NCBI GenBank assembly: GCA_951406725.2
Contig: OX597817.1
Coordinates: 66,650,001 to 66,714,000 of the forward strand
Direction: 5' to 3'
Origin: Octopus vulgaris
Lineage: Eukaryota
DNA: 64,000 nt
Shown one piece after another: positions 37,955 through 51,079 of this stretch. The notes beneath the pieces were generated by a model, which was not told the DNA's origin, did not search any database, and saw nothing but the letters and a program-made list of their open reading frames with translations. The position numbers and the translations under genes are program-made. Every line of letters begins with the position of its first letter. Position 1 is the first letter of the stretch.

Positions 37955-37962
37955 TTAATCAC
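37955..37962 (-). CDS. NEK1: NEK1-like terminal exon, coding part (SD*)
   Basis: Acceptor tttatttattttatccag, then GT GAT TAA completing phase 1; AATAAA on the minus strand near 37652. Confidence 0.6.
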
Positions 37963-40900
37963 CTGGATAAAATAAATAAATAAATAAAAAGGGATTTAAT
38001 CATCAAATTCTACAATCAAACATTAAATAATATTGATGCTAATTTGTACTGCAATGTATAGAAAAATATCTATATCACGAATAAAGCAGGAAGCTATTTG
38101 ACTAAGCAAAAGTTGACTGTGAAATCTCATGTTTAACAGTTGGCAACAAATGGCTTCTTCTAAGTGAAGGCAGAATTTAGAATTATATGATGCTTGTGTT
38201 TGAAGTGTTTTGTTGCATAGGAGTGAACTATAGACACTCAATGCATAGAAATCACAAAGGCTGGAAAGGAACAAGTATGCTTTATAGTGTAATGTTAGAG
38301 AGCATTAATGACAGAAAATAGATGAGCTGAGAGAGAGAGAAAGAGTACGAGACGAATCAGTAGGTGTGTGCAGGAGAGAAGACTGCAGCAGTACAAGCAC
38401 GTGATGTATGAGAAGTACAGTAGCTATGTGGAAACACCTTGCATAAGAGGAAGATGGAGAAAAATTGGTGTAAGCTGACCTCAGTACTGTATCTCACAAA
38501 GATGAAAAGGGACTGCACAAGTTGTGAGACACCATGATGGAACAGATCTGTTCAACCTATGCTAGCATGGAAAAAGATGTAAAATGACGAGAATGGATAT
38601 TAATTCTTGTTATGCAAATTGAGAGCAACTATTTGGAATGGGTTTATCACATTTTTGAAAGAATAATTAGTTTTGTACATAAACGAAATGGCTTGAATAT
38701 TTTATTTTAAGGATTTCAAACTCTATGCTGAAAACAAATGCTTTACTCATATTACTCTAAAGTGATTTTCTTTGCATAAATCTACAAAAGTACAAGTTGA
38801 TCAATAATTACACTTACTAGTATTTCATACGAGACCCAAGGAATTACTGGAGCAAATAAATGATTTGTTCTGATACGTCTCAGAACAAAGATAAGGTTCA
38901 AAATAAGGATGAGCATAAAACAGACAAATATAGGGTTTAGTTTTGTTTGAAATGTGTAAAGTTTTTTAAAAAAATCATAATACAGTGCTCCCTGGAGCAG
39001 ATTAAGGATAAGCCAGAAGAAGATGATACAGAAGAAGCAGAGATACCAGCCCCAGCCAAGACACAAACACAGGCTGTCTCACACCTCAAGTGGCTTATAG
39101 AATACACTGAGTGTGAAGACTATGAACCAGTCCACGTCATGCACCTGAAGAACCTGCTCAGGCAGACACAGATTAAGATGAGGAAAAGACTGTGCCAGAA
39201 GAAGCTGACAGACTTTTCTTATATGACTGAATAAAAAAACAATTAAATGTGAACTTTCATACAATGTAACTTTATTAATTAAACATACTTTTAAGGGCTT
39301 TCAAATCATTCACTAGGTGGCATGACATCTAAAATGCAATGTAAAAGTATTTCATAAGCATTTATTGAAAATTCTTATTTTAGAGTCAACAGGAACTACT
39401 TACAGAAGTAAGTATTTTTTAAAAGTTGTTGTAAGTGCTATAATTCATGATATTTTATAAGTAATTTATTGTATAATAAATGTTAAACTTGACTGAATGT
39501 GTTTGCTTTTCGTTCGTGCACTTTAGCCAAAAAATAGCAAAAAAATGGAAAAAATGATGGTAAATTTTTTTTAGTTAAAAAAGGTGGAGTTGCGTCCCCT
39601 AGACAGTTTGCGGTTTGTGTTTCTGATTCTCGACCCCATGTCGAATTTATCGATTTTTCAGAACTGGGGGAACTTTTCAAAATTTTCGCTGCGTTAGTTT
39701 TGAATTATGACATTGGGCTATGTGTGTGTCAAGTTTCATCAGAATCGGTTGAAAGCCGTGGTCAGGGTGAGGGTACAAGCAAACAGACACACAGAAAACG
39801 CACAGACAAACTGCCGTTTATATAGAGAGAGATTTATTGTATAATAAATGTTAAACTTGACTGAATGTGTTTGCTTTTCGTTCGTGCACTTTACTAATCA
39901 AACCAAATATCTCATTTTCTTCTATTATCGCCTCCCCCCGGATAGAACGTGGTTGGTTTTCTTGAGAGGGAGCACTGTATTTATGATCTACAAAAATATT
40001 ATTTTGTATATGAGTTAATGAAAACAGTGGTGTGAAAGAGAAGGATCTAGTTCTAGATAACCTTCTAGTGGTACTGACTGTTTTTTGATAGCAGTGAGTA
40101 AAGGGAAAGGGTTCAATGGGAGAACTTGTTAGTGAGAGTGAGGTTGAGGGATAGACAAAATGTTGGTGAAAGTGTGTAGGTGAGAGATAGAGAGGGGGGG
40201 GCAAATAAGAAAGACAAAGTTTACAATTATTTGGTAATTTTCTAATACTACACTACTGTACACTGCCATCATCTGATACTCTGTTAACCAATTATAATAT
40301 ATATTTTATCAAACAATTCTATAGACTTACTATTGGTGAAGGCTGTATCAGCAAGGACTAACTGGACAATTGACTGGTAGTAAACAGCTTTGTCAGACAG
40401 TAAGTTAATTATTTCTTCATCATCTATGTCATCTTCCTGCAGTTTGTCCTGTAAATGCAACATTAGAGATAATCAAATACATACCATTCAACAAGATTAG
40501 CCTGTAAGGATATAAGAAGAAGCATAACATAACATCACACTTATACTCTCAGTTCTTTTGCCTGCTTGGTCATTATTCTCTTCTGTTAGCCCTCTTGCCT
40601 TGAAAGAACAGAGACAATGTGAGGAGAGAATTCATTGGTGCCACAATAAAATGCATCCAAAGTACACTATAAAATGGTTGGTATTAAGAATGGTATCCAG
40701 TCATAGAAACCATGTCAGAAACGAATTGTTTAAAGATCTGGTCTTCCAATCCGTCTAGGAGAACAGTAACTCCAAATAAAACTGATTTTGGGTAGTGATA
40801 ATCCATCCAGCCCATGCTAGCATGGAAGGCAAATGTAAAATGATGATGATAAGAATATCCAAGATTGTGTCAGAATGAGAAAAGGATTTGACTAAATCTT

Positions 40901-43900
40901 CTATACCTTTCTCTACATTGCATAGTGTAGATGATTTCAATTCTTTGAGGACTCTAGCTAACTCAACACTTTTGTCAGAGATAATACTATTTCAAAACAT
41001 TTCAAACTTGATGAAACAGTAGAAGGCAATGGAACTAGTGATGGTCTGTATCAAAAAGTAGACAATACAAGAAAACAATGGTGAAATTTAAACCATAACT
41101 AGGTAAAGATGCATCATTTCTCAACTTTCCAGTTCTTGGAGGAAAACAAAAGTAGTTTACTTACATGTATCATCCAGTAAACCTTTTTCAAAAGTGTACC
41201 GCCAACATCGTTTTCAAGTTGCTCCCTTCGTTCTTCCAGCTTTGAGAAAATATCAGCATTTGCTTCTTCATCCTCAGCATTTTCTTCCATTAAAGCTAAA
41301 AATATATTTGAAAATAACATATATATATATATATATATGGCTCTTCCACTTAAATTGTCTCTTCCTCTATCTATAGAAGATAGCTTCTTAGTGTTGTCTC
41401 CACTAGACTTAATAGAATAATATTAAACCCCCTCCCCCAATAGTAAATCTGAATAACAAAGTAAATTCAGTGATAAGTAGTGTATCCATGAATAAATATC
41501 ATTTACTACCATGTTTCTGTTGATGAGACTGGTCTCTCTATCTACTTACCCTCTTTGTGATGTTGGTAAATGGAATAAGTATAAAAATGGATCTTTTCAA
41601 TTTAACTAAAAAATTCCATATGCAGCTGATGATTGCTCTACATTTTAAAACTGATGTAATGCATTGTTTAATTAAATGAAGTCGCACGAAACGATCGTAC
41701 TGCATTACCTTTGGATACCCTTGTTGCTTATTTTGATTATATATATATCATCATCATTGTTATATCATCATCATCATCATCATCATTTAGCGTCCGTTTT
41801 CCATGCTAGCATGGGTTAGGGACGGTTCAACTGGGGTCTGGGGAGCCCGAAGGCTGCACCAGGCCAGTCAGATCTGGCAGTGTTTCTACAGCTGGATGCC
41901 CTTCCTAACGCCAACCACTCCGAGAGTGTAGTGGGTGATTTTATGTGCCACCGACACAGGTGCCAGACGAGGCTGGCGAACGGCCACGCTCAGATGGTGT
42001 TTTTTATGTGCCACCGACACAGGTGCCAGACAAGGCTGGCAGACGGCCACGCTCGGATGGTGTTTTTATGTGCTACCGACACAGGTGCCAGATGAGGCTG
42101 GCGAACGGCCACGATCGGATGGTGATTGTTACGTGCCCACAGCACGGAGGCCAGTCAATGCGGTACTGGCTACGGCCACGTTCGGATGGTTTTCTTGTGT
42201 GCCACCGGCACTATTCACAAGATTTTAATCTACTCATTGCTATACTAGAAAAACCCTTTCCCACACTGTCAAACACTGGCATCAACCATGAAAACTAATT
42301 AAATCATTCAGCTATGTCTGCATTCATTAAATTGGGTAACAAATTAGTAAATGTGCAATATAATAATATATCTTCTCCTTTATGCACAACAAAGTAGAGA
42401 TATTTATGCAATTATGGGAATTCATTTGACAGCCTCAACAAACTGCTATACGTGTCTAGTTTGATGGTAAAGACAATATTTTAGGTAAAGACAATATTAA
42501 ACACTTCTGAATAGGCTGCCAGTCCATCACAAGTCATTTCCAGACAATCTGGTATAGATATGCAACACTTACTGTTGCTGTTGTTTAAACCCAGGTCAGC
42601 CCTGATTGAGTAGACATGTGATCAAAGGCATTCCAATTATGACTACCTTTTTTTTTTTCTCTTCAAGAACAGTGTATCTAAGATTAAACTCTCTAATGCA
42701 TACTTCTCTTTTCTTTAAGCATGTAGGATGTAAAAAAAAAAAAAAGAGATTTTGGTTACTGTTTCTTGTTTGTCAGCTGTTCACCACATAGTGATTCATA
42801 TCTCCCAAAATAAAAGAAGGGGATGAAGAATTATTGTTCCACTGAAATAATAACTATGTGTACCCCATTTAAAACACTTGTATACACACAAATGTGGAAA
42901 GACCTTTGCTGCTGAGACTTTTGGGAGACAAATTCTCCTTATAGACAATACATGTGTAAAACACATTACTGGGCCATGAATAGCATCATTGGACATTTTT
43001 AACTAATATCTTTCTGATATTTATTTCTGCACCAATTGCACCACCTCTATGAATTTTATAGTAAATCAAGGAAAACTAAAATTTCACATACATGAGATTG
43101 AGCTTGAGGTTGGAGGCGATAACATCTCATGATATTCTGGAATGTTTGTGGTGAATCTGTCGCTACCTTAGTAATGACATACATATATATATATATATAT
43201 ATGATGGATTCTCTTGTTGTGAACAACATATGAGCATTCAGTAAAACCTTTTGACAAATGGAACAAGTTGAGGACTCAGTTTGCTTGAGTGCTTGTGGAT
43301 CATATACCCCCCCCCCCCCCCCCCCCCCCCCCCCAAATATACAAACCACATCACACATGGAAAACAATGGTTAAATTAGCATTCATATATTTAATATGAC
43401 GAGCATAAAAAACTAACAAAAAAATGATTATGCATGGAAGAGAGAAATGACAGTATTTTCACAATTATTTCTAGTTAGATTTTTCCAATGTTCATTACAT
43501 TAAATATAAACAGTAACTAAACCATCGAATTTTTTTCAAGCCGATAACATCTCTGAGTAAACTTTTTCAAAATAGTGTTTATTAATATGAGAATAGGTGT
43601 TTGTGTTAGATGTATATATATGTGTGTGTGTGTGTGTTATGATATGACATGATATATGTGTGAAGATTTGTTAAAATTTTCTATCCAGATGTTTATTTGC
43701 CATATTATTTCTACTTCAATGCAGTGAACATTATAACATCTAGATACATGTAATATGTTTTCATGATTTAATTGTTATGAAGATGATGCTTTACTGAAGA
43801 AGTGGTTGGCATTAGGAAGGGCATCCAGCTGGAGAAACATTGCCAGATCAGACTGGAGCATGGTGCGGCCTCCTGGCTTGCCAGTCCCCAGTCAAACCGT

Positions 43901-46900
43901 CCAACCCATGCCAGCATGGAAAACAGATGATGATGATGATGATGATGATGATGAAGATGATGATGTATCAACAAGTGTGTCAAATTGCTTCTGTTTATGT
44001 CAAAAAGTTAAGTTAGCCATTTACTAAATTGAGATTGGTTAAATAAGTCCTGAGGTTGATATGATTGACTATTATCCTTTGAAGATGGTGACCTAATGCC
44101 TAAAACCATTAAAAGAAAGAAAAAGACAACTTGTTCAACCCATGCTAATATGGAAACAAGGCATAAAATAATATAGTTGTTGAGACACACAAACTATCTG
44201 GCAAAATGAGGCTCAAGCTTCTAAGGGAAGTGTCATATTCAATAACTGATATGTCAGTACGATCAACTGCCACAAGGGCAAAGGAGATATCCTAGAATGA
44301 AGCAACTACGGAGCTGTCAGAGTGATGGACCAAGTCATGAAAGTAATAGAGTCTTAGTACAATTGATTAGGAAGAGAATCTTAAATGAAATGTAGTTCAG
44401 ATTTGTTCCAGGTTGGGGTACTATTAATGCACTCTTCATAGTGAGACTGCTGAGAATTACTTGGCTAAGAATAAGCCTCTCAACCTAGCATTTGTTAATC
44501 TAGAGAAGGCCTTTGACAGGATACCATAGTCTATAGTCTGCAGACTATTTAGAAAATTAGGAGTAGATAAATGGCTAGTGAGAGTAGTGCAAACCAAGGA
44601 CAGAGATGCAGTCACCAAAGTGAAGGTTGTTAATGAGTTCAAGCAGGAATTTATAGTGCAAGTAGGTGACCATCAAAGCTCAGTTGACAGTAACACCCTA
44701 TTTATTAGAGGCCTTCAGGCCATAACAGAAGAGCTTAAGATTGGTTGCCAGTGGGAATTGATGATACAGTACATAACAGAGACTGTTGAGGATTTTGAGA
44801 AGAAATTCAAAACCTAGAATCAAGAGGCTTCAGAATAGATTTAGCAAAGACTAAAGTTCAAATGGAAAAAAGGCAAGACTCTGGTGCCATCAAGGAAATG
44901 ATCAAGCTGAATATACAGAAAAAGGTATATATTTCATACAGTATACTCAGGGTGTAAAGAAAATGAAGACAGGCAGACAATGAGTAAAAACTCTGCCTGT
45001 GATAAATGTACAGGAGTAATTAGTAGTCAGAGCTCCAGTAAAATAAATTCAATACAAAACTTGGAAGGCTCTATTGATATAGTTAATAGCTTACTACCTG
45101 GGTGATCTAAGCAGCAGTGAAGGTAGGTGTTTTGAAAGTATAATAACCAGAATTAGAATAGGGTGGACACAATTCAGGAGGCACTTACTTTTACTGACAA
45201 GGAGTTTTTCTCCCCAAGCAAAGAGTATTTTGTATTAGCTGTAATGCAAGATGGTCATGAAATATGAGCACTGAATGCAGAGGATATTCGAAAGTTGGAA
45301 TGAAACAAAGTAAGTATAATCTGCTGGATGTGTAACGTTAGTGTGCATGAAAAATAAGACATAAATGGAGATGAACTGTGTATGAGAGTAATCAGTTGTA
45401 ATGTGCAAAGGAGACAACCTCATTGCTAATGATAGGTGAGTAAATTAGTGCCAAGAGATTCAATGTAGAAAGGACTAGTGGAAAAGAAAGATCAAGGCAG
45501 ACATAGGAAGAAGTGATGAAAGCTAATTTAATGGTGCTGAAACTCACAAAGGAGATGATAAAGAAATGCAGCAAGTAGTGCAATGATGTGTTGGAGAAGA
45601 TTTGCACAACCCATACAAACATAGGGATACAGATGAAAATGTAGTGATGGTGGTGATGATGATAATGATTATGATGATGATGATGATGACGATGATGTTG
45701 ATAATGATGACAATGATATCCTACATGTTGTTCTATCCCAAACTGTATTTTTCTAGAATCCCTTCCATGTTCATGTAAAATGTCTTAAAACATTTTTATA
45801 TATCGATCTGAGCATGATCGTTGCCAGAGCGGCTAACTGGCTTCCATGTAGGTGGCATGTAAAAGGCACTATTTGAGCATGATTGTTATCAGCGTTGCCT
45901 TACTGGCACCTGTGCCGGTGGCATGTGTAAAAAGATTCGAGTGAGGTCGTTTCTAGTACTGCCTGACTGGCCCCGTGCCGGTGGCACGTAAAAAGCACCC
46001 ACTACACTCTTAGAGTAGTTGGCATTAGGAAGGGCATCCAGCTGTAGAAACTCTGCCAGATCAAGATTGGAGCCTGGTGCAGCCATCTGGTTCGCCAGCC
46101 CTCAGTCAAAATCGTCCAACCCATACTAGCATGGAAAGTGGACGTTAAACAATGATGATGATGATATAATCACAAAATTACTTCAAGCAAAATGAAACCA
46201 CCCAAGAGAAACAGTTCCGCTTTGGGAAATTTTCAAAACACTATTGGATATGCTCATACATTAATGCTTACCTTTGGCACCTTCAACTAACACAAACCCA
46301 AACCAACCCATCATCCTGCCATAGTCTCACAAATTATTCATCACAACAAACCTGAAGATTCTGCATAATCCCTAGTTGTGCCCATGTAATGGTTAAATAA
46401 GAGAAATCTCTAACAACTATTACTTAGCACTTTCAAAGTAGAAGCCAAATACCTTAAATTAGCCATTGAAGTGCCCTGCTACAATTAGCAGCCAAATCTC
46501 CCTCAAATCACACTACCACATTAAAAAAAAAAAAAAACATTTGAAAATATAAACCTGTCTGAAAAAAGAGAAAAAATAAATGGCAAGGAGAAAACACCTT
46601 AGGGGTATGTTCTACATGCTAAAAACAAATACAGTATGGTCTCGTATATGCAATATAGTGAGTTGAAAAACTCCTATCAACTGAGATTATCCTAACAAAT
46701 AATTGATAAAAACTCCCTCTAGAAGTGTTTATAGTTGAAAAACCAGCCTGGGAGATAGCTTCAATGATATTATGTTTCAATTTTATTACCCCTCCTCAGT
46801 AAATCATATACTACTAAGTTGACAAGACTAAGAGTAATTAATACACACATAACTATATTGTTGGTATTCATTATCAGAATTACTACATTCCCTCTATTTC

Positions 46901-49900
46901 CCTCTATACTGCTAATCACTACAGTGAGTTAGTTACGCACCTGAAAGATATAAATTGCATTTACTGTCGGTATCCCTATGTTCTAGGCTGACATCATCAT
47001 AATCATCTTCACACTCATCTTCCTCTTTAATATTCTTCAGCTCTGGTTCTGTTTGGTCAGACATTAAGCTGACACCATCATCTCCATCACTATCTTCATC
47101 TACTACAATGATAAGAAAAATTAAAAATATAATTTTAAACCAGGTTACTTCCAAATGAGAAATTTCTTTTGTTAGTGTTAAAACATATCATTAGACAATG
47201 AGAAGTTCCAGCTATCACCGGTAGCAATTTGCTAATAATGGATTGGAATAACAATGCAACATTCAAAGAATTGAATTGAATTCTGTTATATTATAGGGTA
47301 ATAAAATACTCTTGAAGCTAAAATACAGGACAAGTTCACATTTCCACATTTGAATATTCAGAAATATAAATGTTTAATAATCAACAATTGCTTTATTTAT
47401 TGCCTCTTTTCTGTTCCCCACTTTCTAGGAGTGATCTAAATGTATATGATGCAAACACATTGCAGCTGTAGATCATAAAACTAAAATGGAAAAAAAAAGG
47501 ATGAAAATGAGGGAAAAGGCTGATACTTATAATGCTTAATATTAAAAAAAAAAAAAAGTATATTCACTCTACACATTGTTGTGAAGGTGCATGACTCAGT
47601 CATTGGAGCATTGGGCTCAAAATGGCTAAACAAATTTCAAAAGCTGCCACTCCTATGATTTCAAAATTAGTAATCTTAAATTTCTAGAACTATGTATAGT
47701 ATTTTGTAATGGAAACTTTTAAATTCATTTCAATATTTAACATATATCTTCATAATTTATAAACATCTAATATAAACATCTAATATTGAGCAAGACACTT
47801 CATTCCATGTTGCTCCAGTTCAGTCAGCTGTAGAAATGAGCTGCAATGTCACTGGATAACATCAACGGTGTGGAAAGGATGATGGGGCCGGTATGCATGG
47901 TTCCATAAACAACCTTTCCTGGACTTGTATCTTGGAGGAGAACTTTCAAGGTGCAATCCCATGGACATTCATGACTGAAGGAGGTCTTTACCTTTACTTT
48001 ACACATTGTTAGAATAAATAGTAACAGTTACATAACTTTTTATGATTGAAAAGAAGTCTTTAATGACAGGCTAAACAAGCCTTACTGACTTTTTCTGTGA
48101 GAACCTGATACCTATTACCACAAGTGAGATGAAGTGTGGCATCGTATAATAAAGTGTCCAATTCAGAAATAAAATGAAATAACTGCAGTAGATTTGAACT
48201 AACATGTGATTTGATAGTTCAATAGCTCATCCACTCAACTATTTATCACTTTCATTTTCAGAGCAATGAATTTTAAAGACACTGAAGATAAAAAAAAAAA
48301 AATTTAAGAGAAAAAAAAGAAAAAAGAAAAACAAAAGGAGTAAACTTACAACTTTTTGTCAATACATCTTGCATAGATTGCCGTACCAGACTAATTTCAT
48401 CTGTCCTAAAAAAAAAAGCACAATTATAAGCAATGTATCAAGCGTTGATTAGTATATCAGAAGCAGTTAACTTTTAACTTAGTAAGCCTGATCACCAACA
48501 TCACAGGAGCAAAAGGTTGTGGTTTTTAGGAGAGGAAAAATGAATGTTAGTGAAATTAATGCTTTTCACAAGAGCATTAACAGCAAAGTGCCAATGGCTG
48601 GGATTATAAATTCAACCATGGGAGTATCCTGTCCGATCTGTACTTGGTTAGCATAGACACATAGGCCTAAAATCAGGAGAGGTACTATGGTTTCATCCAG
48701 TAGTCGATCTAAAATGGCTGGGCAAGATATGAATAGCAAAGTGAAGTGAAAGAAATCAACCGGGAATTCTTGCCCTACATTACAGTGTAGAGCATAGAAA
48801 CTGTTTAAGAAATAACAAAAAATAAAACAAAAATAGTAAAAATTAAAAACTACAAAAAATCAACTTATGACACAATTAAAATACTGCAAAACCTTTTGTA
48901 TGAAACTTCACTGATTTTGTCATTCCACCTCCCAGATCTATTTATAAATATTAAAAGCCAAAGGTACTTTTAAACCAACAGATAAATATTTAAATTATCA
49001 AATTTTACAACTATATTACTTAGATAAGCAAATATATTTACGTCCAGTGTAATAACTTTATTTCACTATTATCTAACCCTCTTAATGATAATAACTATGA
49101 TAATGATTGCTTACTTTTATCACATGATCATAAATTATAAGAGATGGATGCAATTAAATCTACCTCAATAACTAACTGTTGTTTGTTTTATTAATCATGG
49201 AAGAATTGATGGTAAAATAGATCTGTGAGATTTGAATTCAAATGTAAAGAGATGTAACCAAATTTGGCTGTTATTTCTAGTAGGTCAAGTGACCATCTAA
49301 AGTAAGCATGGGGAACTATCTTAGTACCAGGTGGAAATTGTAAGAGCACAAGAACCTGAGATCACGTCTGTGCCAAGAAAAATAATCAATCTTTAATTTT
49401 ACAAAATCATAGGTATGTACTTTGTTATAAAACTTTTTTACAAGGTCTTTTGCAGGCTTTGTTTGTGACTAGTTTCAAATTTGAAAGATAGTGAAATTTC
49501 ACTGTTGGGCAAGGGGATCTCCAAAGCTTGTGTAGAAACTACTTCATTTGGTTATCTGGAATACTGGTATTTAATATATATGTTAAAATTAGAAAATAGC
49601 TATATTACATGACAAGGTATGACAGGTGCAACACATAATAGGATATTTTCATAATGTCATTGTTCTCATCTGTTTGTTCATCAATCATAGTTAAACTATT
49701 TAAAAATTTCTTTAGTTTTCAAATAAAGCACTCATCCTTTATCAAGCGACCAACTACTTTAAAATATCCAATATCTTCATCAAATGATGCAACCACATAT
49801 TTAATGTGAATAGAATAAGTTGTTTTAGTGGAGTGATAGCCCATCTACAATTCCACTAATTGAAATGTTAGCAGTGCGCATCCTCTCACAGAAGCTGTAC

Positions 49901-51044
49901 GGTGTCTTAATATCACTTTAACAATTCATCCCTCCCTTGAATCATGACATGCATACAAAGTCTTCAATGGTATTTCAACAAACTATAAAGTTACAAGGCA
50001 ATACAGAGACTGAACAGCAATATCAAGAATTAAGTATGAACTCACTCTTCAAGGCTTGGTTCAAAATCACCAGAAACTTGAGAAAGTCGCTTCAGGACGT
50101 CAGTTTTCTGTGATTCCTTCAAATTATGTTCCAAGGAAATATAGAAAATAAAATCATTAAAAATCCATATATTTCTAATGGAATTAGATAATTCAGAAAT
50201 CTCAGACAGTGAACTGCAGATTTTTTTGAGTTGTAAAATAAGAACTAAATGACACATAGATATGCAAGCACATACACATATATACTACTACATATACACA
50301 ATATCAGACATAACAAAAGTACTCAAAGTATTTACTCACCTTTTTTAAGTTATCTAGATTTTCAGTAGTTTCTTTTATTTTGCTATCAGCAGTTTGGAAC
50401 AGACTAGTGAGATCTGGTACTGACCGAGTCCTCATTAGCTGAAAGAAATAAAGGGTAACACTTATAATAACATGATACAAGAGAATACATTAACCCCCTC
50501 ATCAAATTACTGAATTCAACAACAGAAACACACAAGTCAACAAAAAAGCTAAGCTACTAAGGATGACAAGCGAATCTGCATTAAAATAGAAAGGACACAT
50601 TAGATGTGGTCCTAAACACATCATATCTGAAAAAGAAGAGACAATGGTTATAAACTAGAGTTTTTGACCACAGATCTGCTCAATTATGATCAATCTGGGG
50701 TTAAGCAACAACAATAGCTACACATAAACTGATCTTTCTCATCATAACCAGAGGTTTGAAAGAAATATAAACAAAAAAAAAAAACAGATAATACAAACCT
50801 CATCTTTTTGTTCTGGAAGATCATTTATTGAATCCAACTGAGGGCTGAAAATTTAAAATAGCTTAGAATTAAGATTTTGTAAGAATTGAAAATGAAGGCC
50901 ATCAATTCAGCAACACATTGGACAAATCCCTTATGATAATTATTCCAGATTTTGTGTTCTGAGTTCCTGCTAAGCAGTCAACTTTGCTTTTCAGTCTTCC
51001 AGACACAATAAATAAAATATATCAGTCAACTACTGGATTTAATT

Positions 51045-51079
<35 letters not shown>

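Noticed and set aside
41934-42211. CRISPR-like regular repeats
   Set aside because: The units are whole tandem duplicates without unique spacers, in a eukaryotic LINE tail with no cas genes.
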